Shown here: positions 1 through 12,030 of the stretch, one piece after another
Position numbering within the stretch: position 1 is the first letter of the stretch
Layout: each line of letters opens with the position of its first letter
Assembly (NCBI RefSeq): GCF_001194135.2
Contig: NC_068985.1
Span: forward strand, 62,311,131-62,364,760
Reading direction: 5' to 3'
Length of the DNA: 53,630 nt
Source of the DNA: Octopus bimaculoides
Taxonomy: Eukaryota
The notes under the pieces: generated by a model
The model's database searches: none
What the model was told of the DNA's origin: nothing
The model's input: only the letters and a program-made list of their open reading frames with translations
Program-made: the position numbers and the translations under genes

Positions 1-148
1 GAAGGTATCCTTCCCAACCCAAGAACAGCTTATTTTCAGCGGCAAACAGATGAATTATGTAAAACCTGCATAAGATTAGCAAATGACTGGTGAACCAGTT
101 CTCCATTTGTTACTGGCATTAAGAGGTGGTCGCCATACATTAATCTGA
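1..148 (+). pseudogene. NEDD8: NEDD8-like retropseudogene, 3' portion (5' end beyond window edge)
   Basis: Hand translation gives EGI(L)P, a 1-nt frameshift, then QEQLIFSGKQMNYVKPA*D*QMTGEPVLHLLLALRGGRHTLI*. This is colinear with NEDD8 [43 protein letters not shown]. KQMN and LALRGG (not KQLE and LRLRGG) favour NEDD8 over ubiquitin. In-frame stops at 71-73 and 77-79. Confidence 0.85.
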
Positions 149-317
149 TTATTAACAAAATGTATTCTTATATATCTGATGAAGCGTATTCTGATAATAT
201 CTGATGAAACTGCGGGCAGTTCCTGTCCACGGCTTGATCGGGTTTTCTTTTCCTCTCTCCCAACGCTTTCTTGTATAAAACTTTTTAAAATATATAAGAA
301 AAATTAAATAATAATTA

Positions 318-412
318 AAACAACAACAACAACGACGACGACGACGACGACGACGATGATGATGATGATTTCTGTTACTTCTAATGATGATAACAACAAC
401 AACAATAATAAT
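318..412. repeat. Compound trinucleotide microsatellite (AAC/GAC/GAT, then AAC/AAT)
   Basis: Directly visible. It follows an A-rich stretch downstream of the NEDD8 copy and may be a decayed poly(A) tail (inference). Confidence 0.9.
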
Positions 413-1512
413 ACTTTACAATTTAAACGATAATCTTAATTTTATTTCTCTGAAAAATTTGAAACTGAAAAGTTTATTCTTTTATTTTTGCTTTTTGTTA
501 ATTTGTTAGTAATTGTCTTGATTATGATTGCAGTGTGTAACCATCCTGATATCGTGTGCTGATATCTCTTTGCTCCACCTCATTGCTGCCAGAGTGTCAT
601 CATCTAACAGACTACCTCTTCCTTCTCTTACTACTCAACCTCTCCATATGTGCTTCCAATGAATGCCGCAAACGTAGCATCTGCGGACACAATGCTCTTT
701 AACACACAAACTGAGTAACAACCGAGCTTATTGCATAAAATATATAGATATCATACAAAAGATGATATCATGGGGTGGTATATCAGTTGAAAATTACAAC
801 AGACAAATGTAACAGAATGATAAAAGAAGACATAGTAATTTCATATAAATAAACGTACACCCACGTGTACCTTTATTTGTATGTGTCTGTATGTTTCTCG
901 TACTTACAATTATGTATGTATGTATTTATGTATGTATATAAGTGCAATTGTGTTTGTGTATATATATATAATATATACATTATATATATATATATATATA
1001 TATATNNNNNNNNNNNNNNNNNNNNNNNNNNNNNNNNNNNNNNNNNNNNNNNNNNNNNNNNNNNNNNNNNNNNNNNNNNNNNNNNNNNNNNNNNNNNNNN
1101 NNNNNNNNNNNNNNNNNNNNNNNNNNNNNNNNNNNNNNNNNNNNNNNNNNNNNNNNNNNNNNNNNNNNNNNNNNNNNNNNNNNNNNNNNNNNNNNNNNNN
1201 NNNNNNNNNNNNNNNNNNNNNNNNNNNNNNNNNNNNNNNNNNNNNNNNNNNNNNNNNNNNNNNNNNNNNNNNNNNNNNNNNNNNNNNNNNNNNNNNNNNN
1301 NNNNNNNNNNNNNNNNTATTATGGGTACATTAGATGCAGAGTATGGTTGTTTTTTTACACAGTTTTTTGGTGTGGTGGGATATCATATCTTAGAAACCGG
1401 CAGATATGATATGTGAATATATAGATACAAACCATTTTCAGCTAATCATAGTGCAAATGATGAATTCATGTTGAAAGTACAACTTTCAGCACAACATTGA
1501 TAGAGAGATGAT

Positions 1513-1533
1513 CATAATAATAATGATGATGAC

Positions 1534-1581
<48 letters not shown>

Positions 1582-1588
1582 GATGATT
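1513..1588. repeat. (AAT)/(GAT)n microsatellite
   Basis: Directly visible. Confidence 0.95.
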
Positions 1589-1590
1589 TG

Positions 1591-1700
1591 ATTCTAACAT
1601 AGGGGCAAGGCCTGAAATTTGGGAGAGGGGTTAGTCGATTACATCGGCATTGATACTGGACTCGCACTTTGTTATCGACTCCAGAGTGATGAAAGGCAAA
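1591..1700 (-). mobile_element. tRNA-derived SINE family A, 3' fragment
   Basis: Reverse complement resembles the 3' half of the fuller copy at 42168-42375 (gtcgat...aatcgact...ggccttgtgcc). Confidence 0.6.
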
Positions 1701-1739
1701 TTATTATTATTATTAGTTATTATTATTATTATTATTATT

Positions 1740-1797
<58 letters not shown>

Positions 1798-1828
1798 GCA
1801 ATAATAATAATCATAATCATAATAAGAC
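1701..1828. repeat. (ATT)n/(AAT)n microsatellite
   Basis: Directly visible. Explains the poly-I/poly-N ORF at 1650-1925. Confidence 0.95.
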
Positions 1829-1957
1829 AATAAAATGTCTTCAAAGACTGATTGCAATAAGCTCGGGGTTTCTTCTTTTTCAATCTGGGTTAATTTCTTT
1901 TACCTTCTGTGTCTATTTTCTTTAATTCTCTTTCATTCAACTTCTTATTTTTTCTAG

Positions 1958-2002
1958 AATCAGTGGTATTGGAATTCAGAGAGCCATAATGATGAAGGAC
2001 TG
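1958..2002 (+). CDS. Tentative 45-nt exon of the discoidin/F-type-lectin-like gene (NQWYWNSESHNDEGL)
   Basis: Polypyrimidine tract plus ttctag acceptor, strong CTG|gtaagg donor, phase 0-0. Joined to exon 9355 it reads W..W...LFRGNDD, like the discoidin 'W..Y....K.F.GN.D' segment. Confidence 0.5.
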
Positions 2003-3139
2003 GTAAGGTCTAACTTCGGCGCTGATAGCTTTTCATGCTGGATTGGTCAATAGAAAGGATTGCGATGGAGCATCAGATGACCTTTAGGTCCACGTTGCTC
2101 GTCGTTCTCCGATTAATTGCAATTTATTTAGTATGCACGTGTATGCCCAATGTAGAGTTCCACTACATCACTTGAAATATGTATAGTCAGCTTTGCTTAC
2201 GTGAAGTTTTCATTGTCACCTAAGAAAGCTAATACAGTGACTAAGAAAAATGAGCATGCGCAATTGAAGTGTTATAGAGTATAGAGACGATTCAAAGAAC
2301 AATAAAAACTGGAAAGAGTAGTGAAGGTTTGTGAAAGAAATCTATGACTCTACATAATCTCTTCATCTTCAAATACTTACAAACTAGATTTGTGGATTTA
2401 TAATCCAGAAAATGTTAGGTCCGTATATGTTACTTAAATTGTCCCAAGAACTTATTCAATAGTCCATCGGTTTTTGTTTTTTGTTTTGTTATTTTATTCT
2501 CTTTTTTTTTTTGTCAATTTCATTCAATGTAGAACTAGGAGATAATGGAAGAAACTATTGCTAAAGGAATTGTTTAGTACGTATAGATTTGTTAGATAAT
2601 CTTTGTATTCTGGACTATATCTACAGGATGACATAATTCAGTATAATTATATATTTGAAATAAGGGAAATTGGTGAAACCACCTTTCTGAACATACTGTT
2701 CCATGATCGATTGTGAATCAATCACTAATCACGAATCATCAGTAATTACAAATTTTATAAATTTGGATTAAAATCAAGTGACATTTTAATGGAACCATGT
2801 TCCGACTTCCTTCAGCAGTATTTGAGGGTAACCAATCTTTGCATTAGATCCTTAGGGGAAACGGAAATGTTAAATTATGCCGTTCATATTTCAACAGCAT
2901 TTTTGGCTTCAAATGAAAGAAGTTGAAGGTAGAAATCTGATCTTATAGAGTCTAGTGTACTCCTTCATTAATCATTTTTATTGTACTATATATGTAAATA
3001 TATTATAAGATCATATTTTATAACAATTAATTATTAAGCTCAAGGTTTCTCATCTGTAAAGTGATTAAACAAGAAGTGTTAAAAAAAAGGCTGTCCTTAA
3101 TAATGAATCGAGAATGAATATCAAACCTGATGATGAAAG

Positions 3140-3177
3140 TTATTATTATGATGATGATGATTATGATGATGATGATA

Positions 3178-3229
<52 letters not shown>

Positions 3230-3272
3230 TGGTGGTAGTGGTGGTGGTGATGGGGTAATGGTGATGATAACA
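3140..3272. repeat. (GAT)n/(GGT)n microsatellite
   Basis: Directly visible. Source of the His-rich ORF 3121-3378. Confidence 0.95.
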
Positions 3273-5039
3273 TCAAGGAAATGATCGACAGTAGCACTAT
3301 CATAAATATGAATAAATACAAAATGTATCTATTGGCCAATCCGAACACCACGTTATTGCATGGATCTCCTGGAACCATTGTTTCATCTCTTCTTTTTCAT
3401 AAAGTTTCCTGCCTATTTTAACCTCTTTAGAATTTAATTGCATGGGTTATCGACTTTGTTAACATGTATAAACTGATTTGCTAATAAGCAAACTTTTCTA
3501 ATTATTTCTAAAGCTTCTGTAACTATTTCTAAATTGTTTTTCCCCACATCTTTCACATTTCAACTGTAATTAATTATTTCAAAACCAAAATCTTCATCAA
3601 CCTTTTTCATCTTTCATTCCCACTTTACTAACAGACTATTTTCTGTTCAATAACTTTTTCATATCAAATGATTAGTCACTGACATTCTAAAGTTCTTCTT
3701 CAAGACTAATGAAAATTCTTCAGTTGCAGGACTCTAGCAATCAGCAATAGTTTATTCAAAACTTAAAAGATATTGTTTTCTTTTCGTGAGTTTCTTATAT
3801 TTTCGAGTTATTTGATATTATCGCCAATAATAGCACCAAATTTTGAGTTTAGTGATTAGAAAATGGTCATTCGTTGGAAAGAAGTTCAGAATTTAGTACA
3901 AAAATGTACTTATATGAGTATAAATATATTTCTATATAATTTCAATATTATTTAATTTGAATAAACAACAAATGTAAATTTATATTACATATATATTTAG
4001 ATAATGCTTAATTATGAATTAAAGAAACTATTTTTCAGAGAGACAGATTACAGATTCCTGTATTGTGGTTTTCCCTCTTTATTTTCTTTTCTCATTAATA
4101 AATAACTGTTATTAGAAATATACATTTGCGCTTTACCTCAAATATAAATTCAGCAACACTTGAATGCATAGTTTATCGATTGAAAGATCTAAAATATAAT
4201 AATATAATATTTATAATATCGCAGTCAGTCCAGGATCCCTACATTCGATGTTTAATTCAGATGCCAGTTAGTTATTTAATCCCTATATGCATGTGAGTTT
4301 GTGTGTGCGTGCATGTGTATATATAGTGTGAGTGTGTGTATGTGTATGTGTGTGTGTGTGTGTGCGTGCGTGCGTGTGTGTATGCGCGTGTGTGTGTATG
4401 TGTGTGTGTGTGTTGTGTGTGTGTGAGTGAGTGTAGATAAGGTTTAATTCAATATCAAAATATATAACTCTCAATGTAAATGTACAGAATAATGTATATG
4501 TGTATAAAAGTAATACAGTCTACAGAATTTCCGATTCTGGTTACTTCGAATTTCTTGCCTTGGCAATAATCATCAGATCGCATACTTAGTAAGTGTAAGC
4601 ATATATATNNNNNNNNNNNNNNNNNNNNNNNNNNNNNNNNNNNNNNNNNNNNNNNNNNNNNNNNNNNNNNNNNNNNNNNNNNNNNNNNNNNNNNNNNNNN
4701 NNNNNNNNNNNNNNNNNNNNNNNNNNNNNNNNNNNNNNNNNNNNNNNNNNNNNNNNNNNNNNNNNNNNNNNNNNNNNNNNNNNNNNNNNNNNNNNNNNNN
4801 NNNNNNNNNNNNNNNNNNNNNNNNNNNNNNNNNNNNNNNNNNNNNNNNNNNNNNNNNNNNNNNNNNNNNNNNNNNNNNNNNNNNNNNNNNNNNNNNNNNA
4901 CTCCGTATGGATCGATCTCCTTGGTTATACATCAAAAATTTAAATGAGAGTTTTGACGCTAATATCCATTATTATTGAAGTTTATTCCTATGTCAACATT
5001 TCTGTATAAGGCTATATTTAACTGTCAAATTCAAGTTAA

Positions 5040-5990
5040 ATAAATAAATTTCCTTTCACATCTTCAGGGTAAAAGATAAAGAGCAAAAGGTAAACACCAA
5101 AAGGGCAGGATACAAAAAGAAGGTTTACTATGTGGAACCTGATCGTAACAACATTAAGACAGATAAGAATAATAGGTATAAGAATAAGCTAAGAGGAAAT
5201 AAGGAAAATAAACCCAGAGATATTCATAAACGTAGCATAGGTAATTTTAAATTTTTTAAGAATTATACTAGTGACTGTGATAACACTAAAGATGATAATA
5301 TATGGTTCATAATCCCCTTTGGTAGAAATGTTAAATCTAATTTGATTGCACAGTTTAGAGAGGTGATTAGCAGATATTTCCCAAAGAATTCACACAATGG
5401 TAAAATTATTAATACACACAGCATTAGTTTTGGTTTCTCAAACACTATGAACTTAGCCTAAATAATTGCAGCTCATAATTTTAAAATACTTAAATCAAAA
5501 GGAATTGGAGAGGATAGCGATGTGAACCCTGATATAAATAATAATAACAATAACAGTAATAATAATCGTAATATGATTACAGTAACAGAGGTTAACCCCA
5601 GAAGATTGAAGTTTGAAGGCCCTAATGCGAGAGTGAGAAATGCAGTTTATCAATGTATGGTAAGGACTCAGACAGATGTTAGCCTATACTTGGGGTGTTC
5701 TTCGGGACAAATCTGTAAAAGGTCATCTAATCATTATAGTACCTTTAGAGATAGAAATAAAATAGCAAGTACTAGTCTAGTAAATTCATTTGGGAACTGA
5801 ATGAACAAAAAAAGCAATATTCATTAGAATGGTCAATTATTGGGAGATCTTTCCCTTATGACAAAGGTAAGAGATATTACTCGCTGTGTAATCTAGAATT
5901 ATATTTTATATTATTCTCTAAGGGTAAGTTGATAAATAAACTCACACATAATGCTTTCAGATGTACCCATTATCTGAAACACACATTTCT
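5040..5990 (+). mobile_element. Penelope-like element remnant (post-RT linker and GIY-YIG endonuclease)
   Basis: IWFIIPFGRNVKSNLIAQFREVISRYFPKNSH...IAAHNFKIL matches the PLE 'WFNPPFS.NVKTNIG..FL.LI.KHFP' linker. NAVYQCMV...LYLGCSSGQICKRSSNHYSTFR matches the GIY-YIG signature. Contains stops. Confidence 0.8.
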
Positions 5991-6865
5991 CTGGTTTAAA
6001 TGAGTTATAAATTTCAGTATGATCGGGTATTATAGTATATTATAGTATAATATTAGGTCTTAAGGCAGGCCATATCAATGTATAATTTACCAATAGCAAT
6101 TGTATTTGTATTTGTGATTGTTCGCTAAAGTTTCTAGAGATAATATAATATAGATTTCCATTGATTTAGAAGTTATTACCAGGAATCAATATTTGTAACA
6201 TGTGATTGTTTATAATTAATTAATAATATTAGGAGGGGGTTTCTCCCTTGGACGGACCTTTATTTNNNNNNNNNNNNNNNNNNNNNNNNNNNNNNNNNNN
6301 NNNNNNNNNNNNNNNNNNNNNNNNNNNNNNNNNNNNNNNNNNNNNNNNNNNNNNNNNNNNNNNNNNNNNNNNNNNNNNNNNNNNNNNNNNNNNNNNNNNN
6401 NNNNNNNNNNNNNNNNNNNNNNNNNNNNNNNNNNNNNNNNNNNNNNNNNNNNNNNNNNNNNNNNNNNNNNNNNNNNNNNNNNNNNNNNNNNNNNNNNNNN
6501 NNNNNNNNNNNNNNNNNNNNNNNNNNNNNNNNNNNNNNNNNNNNNNNNNNNNNNNNNNNNNNNNNNNNNNNNNNNNNNNNNNNNNNNNNNNNNNNNNNNN
6601 NNNNNNNNNNNNNNNNNNNNNNNNNNNNNNNNNNNNNNNNNNNNNNNNNNNNNNNNNNNNNNNNNNNNNNNNNNNNNNNNNNNNNNNNNNNNNNNNNNNN
6701 NNNNNNNNNNNNNNNNNNNNNNNNNNNNNNNNNNNNNNNNNNNNNNNNNNNNNNNNNNNNNNNNNNNNNNNNNNNNNNNNNNNNNNNNNNNNNNNNNNNN
6801 NNNNNNNNNNNNNNNNNNNNNNNNNNNNNNNNNNNNNNNNNNNNNNNNNNNNNNNNNNNNNNNNN

Positions 6866-6905
<40 letters not shown>

Positions 6906-8099
6906 GCATGCATACATACATACATACATACATACGTATGTATGTATGTATGTCTGTGTGTATATACATGTATATATATACATACATATTTATGTAATAC
7001 ATGCACACAAACAAACATACATACATACATAAAAGTATTCCGACCGATTCAGTTTGAGGCATAATATCACACAGTGATATTATGTTACTTAGAGCTGTGA
7101 CATTATGATACAGGAGTAATATGGAACAGAGCTGAACAACTCAGAAAAGTCACAGTACTTATCTCTCTGCTAAGGTAAAATCCTTCCCATGAACTCGATT
7201 GTGTGATAATACGTATGTTGAACGTTACAACACACGCACAAACGCACGCGCACATGCGCACACATCAATATATATGATTTTGTGGTTGCGAAATATATGT
7301 AAGAATATACAGAGAATTAAACATTACATAATATAGGATACGTACCTGCATACATACACACATACACAGACACACACACATATTATGTATATTAGGCAGA
7401 TATACACTGAGAGAAAGTGAAACAGCCAGATAGATAGATTAACATACATACTAATGTGTGCAATTAGTCATACACATGCCATAAAAACTTGTAATAACAT
7501 TATAGTCTGAAATACATTTGTTAGAAAATGTTTCCCCTCAACACTACCAAACTGGAACTATCCCGTAAAACTTTTGTTGTTTTATACAGAGAGAAGCGTT
7601 TTGCATGACTTTTGCATGTCTGTCATATACTACTGCAGTCTGTGTAGACAGGGAGTTGTGGGAGATGTAATTGAACTCTTGAATACAACAGAACTGAAAG
7701 AATGTAGGTCAGCGAAAGGCCCGTTCGATGCATGCTGTGAATGAAGCTTTCTAACAGGATACTTTTAATCTAAGAGACGAATGGAGTTGATAAGTAAAGT
7801 ACTTAGCTAAGAAGTCCTCATGTCATACACAGTTTAACACTACTGAAGTCCACAATGATGAGAAACCATTTGTTTTTCACTTAAGATTGTGGGTCGTTCG
7901 CTTAGAATGATACGACTAAGTAACAGAGGTGACAACTCCAATTCTTTTGGCATTTTTGGTTGCTGTTGTATTGAATTTACCCATTCCTCTGTGCAGCTTT
8001 TTGTCATCGTGCCCACAGCGAGCCACAATACTCATCACATGAACAATGTTGTGTATACTTTGTATAGACGTAGTGTTGGCTAAAACATCTAGAGATATG

Positions 8100-8230
8100 T
8101 AGAGGCGTGGATGTGTGGTAAAAAGTTTGCTTCGTAACTAAATGGCACCTTAGGCAAATGTTTTCTACTGCAGCCCCTGGCTTGTGAGTGGATTTGTTCG
8201 ACAGAAACTGAAAGAACCCCGATGTATATG
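8100..8230 (+). mobile_element. tRNA-derived SINE family B, degenerate 5' part
   Basis: Similar to 46987-47160 (gtgtggtaa...ggcaccttaggcaaatg...ttgtgagtggattt...gaaactgaaagaa). Confidence 0.7.
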
Positions 8231-8477
8231 TGTGTGCGTACGTGCGTATTTATGAGTGAGGAAGAGGAAGAAAGGGTGAGGTAGATAGATACACATGCAT
8301 AAATATGTGTATGTGTGTGTGTGTGTGTACAAATGTATATATTTATATATGCATGCATATATAATACAAGTACTTTCATGCTTTCCACAATCTTTAGGTG
8401 TATGCAGTAGCAGTACTTACCAACTGTTGTGCTTCGCAATTGATAACTATGACAACAGTGATCTATCTATCCTTCTA

Positions 8478-8620
<143 letters not shown>

Positions 8621-9354
8621 TTTCCTGACTTTATAATGTTAATGACCTGATACGGAAGAAATTTTCCGAGAGAACGGCAAAAACAGCTTTCGATGCCCAT
8701 ATAGACATGTCTCAATTTTAGAATTCTCGCTTTTGTGATCTGTAATGGGTGCACTAACATCCACGCGTAAAAGGAAACAATGAAAAAATTTTGCTTCAAC
8801 GATACTAGGTTTTATTGCAGAGGTCTTTCTATGTGTGTGTATGTATATGTGTATGTGTACGCGTGTGTGTACGCGTGTGTGTACGCGTGTGTGCGTGTGT
8901 ATGTGTAAGGATGTATATTTAGATATATCGATGGATACAAGTCGTAATTATATTGGGTAGAGTTGTAGCTTATGAATGAGCCATATACTGACCAGTTTTC
9001 AAAACCCTATAAACAGCATAAGTTAGGGGACGTTCGATTTATAAATATCAGCTAAATATCTCATTGCTAAACTTTACGAAAAGAAAAGAATATTTTAATA
9101 AAATAAAACCTGCTGATAGCATCCTGCTTACTCCTTTTAAAAACAAATAGTCAACAAATCTTATCCTCCTTTTGAACTTCTATTACTAAATACTACCAAA
9201 AACAGGCAGTGACTGTCCTTAAGTGACCCAATTCGAGAAAGGCAAGAATTCAGTAAGACTGAAATATGAAATATGGTAGGAGATCAAGGATGGCGTGATC
9301 AATGTCTGGTGTGGCGTTATGCCATTATTAAATTTCATTAATTTTACTTTACAG

Positions 9355-9499
9355 CTGTTCAGAGGAAATGATGATAAACATCTGAAACGAATCCATTATC
9401 TCAATTCACCATTTGTTGCCCGATTCATACGTATTCATCCCGTTGAATGGCACCAGAAAATTGGAATGAGATTTGGTCTACTCGGATGCCCATATACTG
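9355..9499 (+). CDS. Exon: C-terminal part of an F5/8 type C (discoidin) domain
   Basis: ttttactttacag acceptor and gtataa donor, 145 nt, phase 0-1. LFRGNDDKHLKRIHYLNSPFVARFIRIHPVEWHQKIGMRFGLLGCPYT carries the discoidin end motif 'F.GN.D....L..P..ARFIRI.P..W...I.MR..LLGC'. Confidence 0.92.
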
Positions 9500-10147
9500 G
9501 TATAATTCTCTTAATTTATTTCTGCTAATCTTTATTTCAGAATGTTATAAACTTAATAAGTTATAAACTTATTGGAATATTGAATATTTTACAATTACCT
9601 ATAAAATATTCTTTTTGTATTGAATATACATATATATAATACAGGGCGATATAAATGCAGTATTTTATACTGTATATGTGTGTAGTTCATACTACTCAAT
9701 ATACGTGTGGTATATCGCATTCTATATATACATGTGGTTTATTCAATATTCTTGAAATATGCTATTCTACATACGTGGTCTGATCTGTAAGTATGCGGAC
9801 TGTTGCTATAGTAACGAAGCTATATCTGCGACCGTAAGGAGCTTGTCTCCTTTGACAGTTCATTAAGATAGTGCTTCTATGACCATTGAGTTGTTTTGAC
9901 TCTTATTTCTAGCAATACTGGTGCTGATTAGTGCGTTTTTGTTCACATTAGTGACGTGTATATNNNNNNNNNNNNNNNNNNNNNNNNNNNNNNNNNNNNN
10001 NNNNNNNNNNNNNNNNNNNNNNNNNNNNNNNNNNNNNNNNNNNNNNNNNNNNNNNNNNNNNNNNNNNNNNNNNNNNNNNNNNNNNNNNNNNNNNNNNNNN
10101 NNNNTATATATAGTGATTGTTTCTCTCTCTCTCTCTCTCTCTTTCAG

Positions 10148-10195
10148 GCAAATGTACGACCGGTTTTATGAGAGTCAATGATGCAGCTCCATGTG
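10148..10195 (+). CDS. 48-nt linker exon (GKCTTGFMRVNDAAPC)
   Basis: (CT)n tract plus ctttcag acceptor, TGTG|gtaag donor, phase 1-1, no stop. Connects in frame to both 9499 and 23400. Confidence 0.8.
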
Positions 10196-10217
10196 GTAAG
10201 ATATTTCATAATCCTTT

Positions 10218-10358
10218 CTGCTATTAATACTTGGCATAAAATATTGTGGGAGAGGGTTTGTTTATTACATCGAACCCAATATTCAACTGATATTTATTTT
10301 ATCGACCCCGAAAGATAAAATGCAAAATCGACTTCGGCGGAATTTGAACTCAGAACGT
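10218..10358 (-). mobile_element. tRNA-derived SINE family A, partial
   Basis: Reverse complement includes ttctgagttcaaattccgccgaagtcgat...ggggtcgataaaataaat, matching 42168-42375. Confidence 0.75.
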
Positions 10359-10399
10359 AATCAGGTTACAAAGCCATACTGATAACTACTATAATTATT

Positions 10400-10501
10400 C
10401 TTTTGGGGTCAATAAAAGTACCAGTTGAGTACTGAGGTCGATGTAATCGACCTTAACTACCCCATCTCCGAACGTCTTGGCCTTGTGCCAAAATTTGAAA
10501 C

Positions 10502-10503
<2 letters not shown>
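10400..10503 (+). mobile_element. SINE family A, 3' half with (ATT)n tail
   Basis: ggggtcaataaaagtaccagttgagtactgaggtcgatgtaatcgac...ggccttgtgccaaaatttgaaacc followed by (ATT)n. Confidence 0.75.
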
Positions 10504-10560
<57 letters not shown>

Positions 10561-11710
10561 AGCAGTGTATGTCATCAAAGTGGCACTGGGGTGAAATATA
10601 CGAAGCCTAGTATACCCATAATGACTACCCGTCTAATAAGGGTACACCAGGTACATGTATCACAAACATATGTGCATAATATGGTGATCTCTATTTAAAA
10701 AAACAGCGCATGACCTTGCAGGCGGGGATCAGATACAATTTTCTTCAATCCGAGTAGTCCATCCCGCTCACAAGGTCCCTGAATAAATGTTGTTTAAGGA
10801 TGGTTATGGTGCTCTCCCACTAGTTCTGCTCGTGATCAGAGATGCATATATTGTCAGCCACAAAGAGACATGTTCAACTGGTTAAGGTAAGACAACTGAC
10901 AAGCAAATCTGTGGCATTAAGCAGAATATTTGCTGTAGCCCATCTTTTACACCAAGACAAAACAGGTACATAATAACACTTCCAATCAGAAGCCACGAGA
11001 GCCAGTAAATGGTGTTGCATCGGGGCTATCATTATTATTATTATTATCATTATTACTAGCAGTATAACGTGACGTTGTCCGGGTGTGACTTATTACGCCA
11101 TCTACGATAAGTCTTGCTAGGTGAAAATCAACTAAAAAAGAAAGCCTTACAACGAAAACACCCTTATGATGTCANNNNNNNNNNNNNNNNNNNNNNNNNN
11201 NNNNNNNNNNNNNNNNNNNNNNNNNNNNNNNNNNNNNNNNNNNNNNATGTCAATGTGTTCATAATTCAAAAGACGATGAAATTAATAGGGAAAGTCTGAA
11301 GGCTGTTTTGCGTAACATTATTAAGCGTACGTAAATTTCATCCGTCTAATTGGCTATATAAATGCTTGTGCAAAACAACTTTTTGCGCTGCCCTGATTGT
11401 ACATAGCAGGGTAATCCCTTTTCGCAGGAGCTAGGATGGCAATTTCTGATGAAGCAATTGCTGGCGATCTGTTGCTACACAGTCCTGCCAGAATTCTATC
11501 AGATTGGGCAGTAGATGTTGATGTACCATTTTGCATTATGTTCAAAGTAGCTTCTGGAATGTGGTGAATTGCTGCAGTCTGTTGCTGTCATTTTAAACCG
11601 GTTGCTTTCTTTCCCCAGCAAGCTCTCTTCTTTGGAGGCATAATCTATGTACATATTAAACAGAATAATAAAAGATATAACAGATGGCAGGGTCGGTAGT
11701 TTTCATATTT

Positions 11711-11909
11711 CGGTCATTTTTAAGATTAACACCCGCACGATTACCTAATCCTAACCCTAAGACACTAAACCTAATCCTGATCCTAACCCTAATCCTGACC
11801 CTAACCCTAAACCCTAACCCTAATCTTAAACCCTAACCCTAATACCCTAACCCTAAAACGCTAACCCTGACCTTAAAACCGTAACCGTAACACTAACCCT
11901 AATCCTAAG

Positions 11910-11940
<31 letters not shown>

Positions 11941-12030
11941 TGTAACCCTAAAACCCTAACCCTGACCCTAAAACTCTAACCCTAACACCTTAGTGAAAAT
12001 CCTGCGGGTGTTAATCTGGAAAATTACCCA
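11711..12030. mobile_element. MITE-like element: degenerate (TAACCC)n telomere-type array between inverted repeats
   Basis: 11723-11742 agattaacacccgcacgatt versus 11998-12017 aatcctgcgggtgttaatct (19/20 inverted match), enclosing about 250 bp of TAACCC/TAAACCC/TGACCC units. Confidence 0.7.

Noticed and set aside
2533-2580. Candidate exon after tgtag in the first intron
   Set aside because: All three frames hit stops and there is no convincing donor.
7560-8030. Possible Tc1-like N-terminus on - (MPKELELS..RII..RPTILSE)
   Set aside because: Only a faint motif echo; no TIRs or DDE region identifiable.
11428-11565. Phase-1 candidate exon (GARMAISDEAIAGDLLLHSP...) in the long intron
   Set aside because: No phase-1 donor before the stop, so it cannot join 23400 in frame, and there is no recognisable domain.
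11745-11993. True telomere, or a CRISPR-like array here or in other tandem repeats
   Set aside because: The array is short, degenerate, intronic and TIR-flanked. No repeat-spacer architecture or cas genes occur anywhere in this eukaryotic window.
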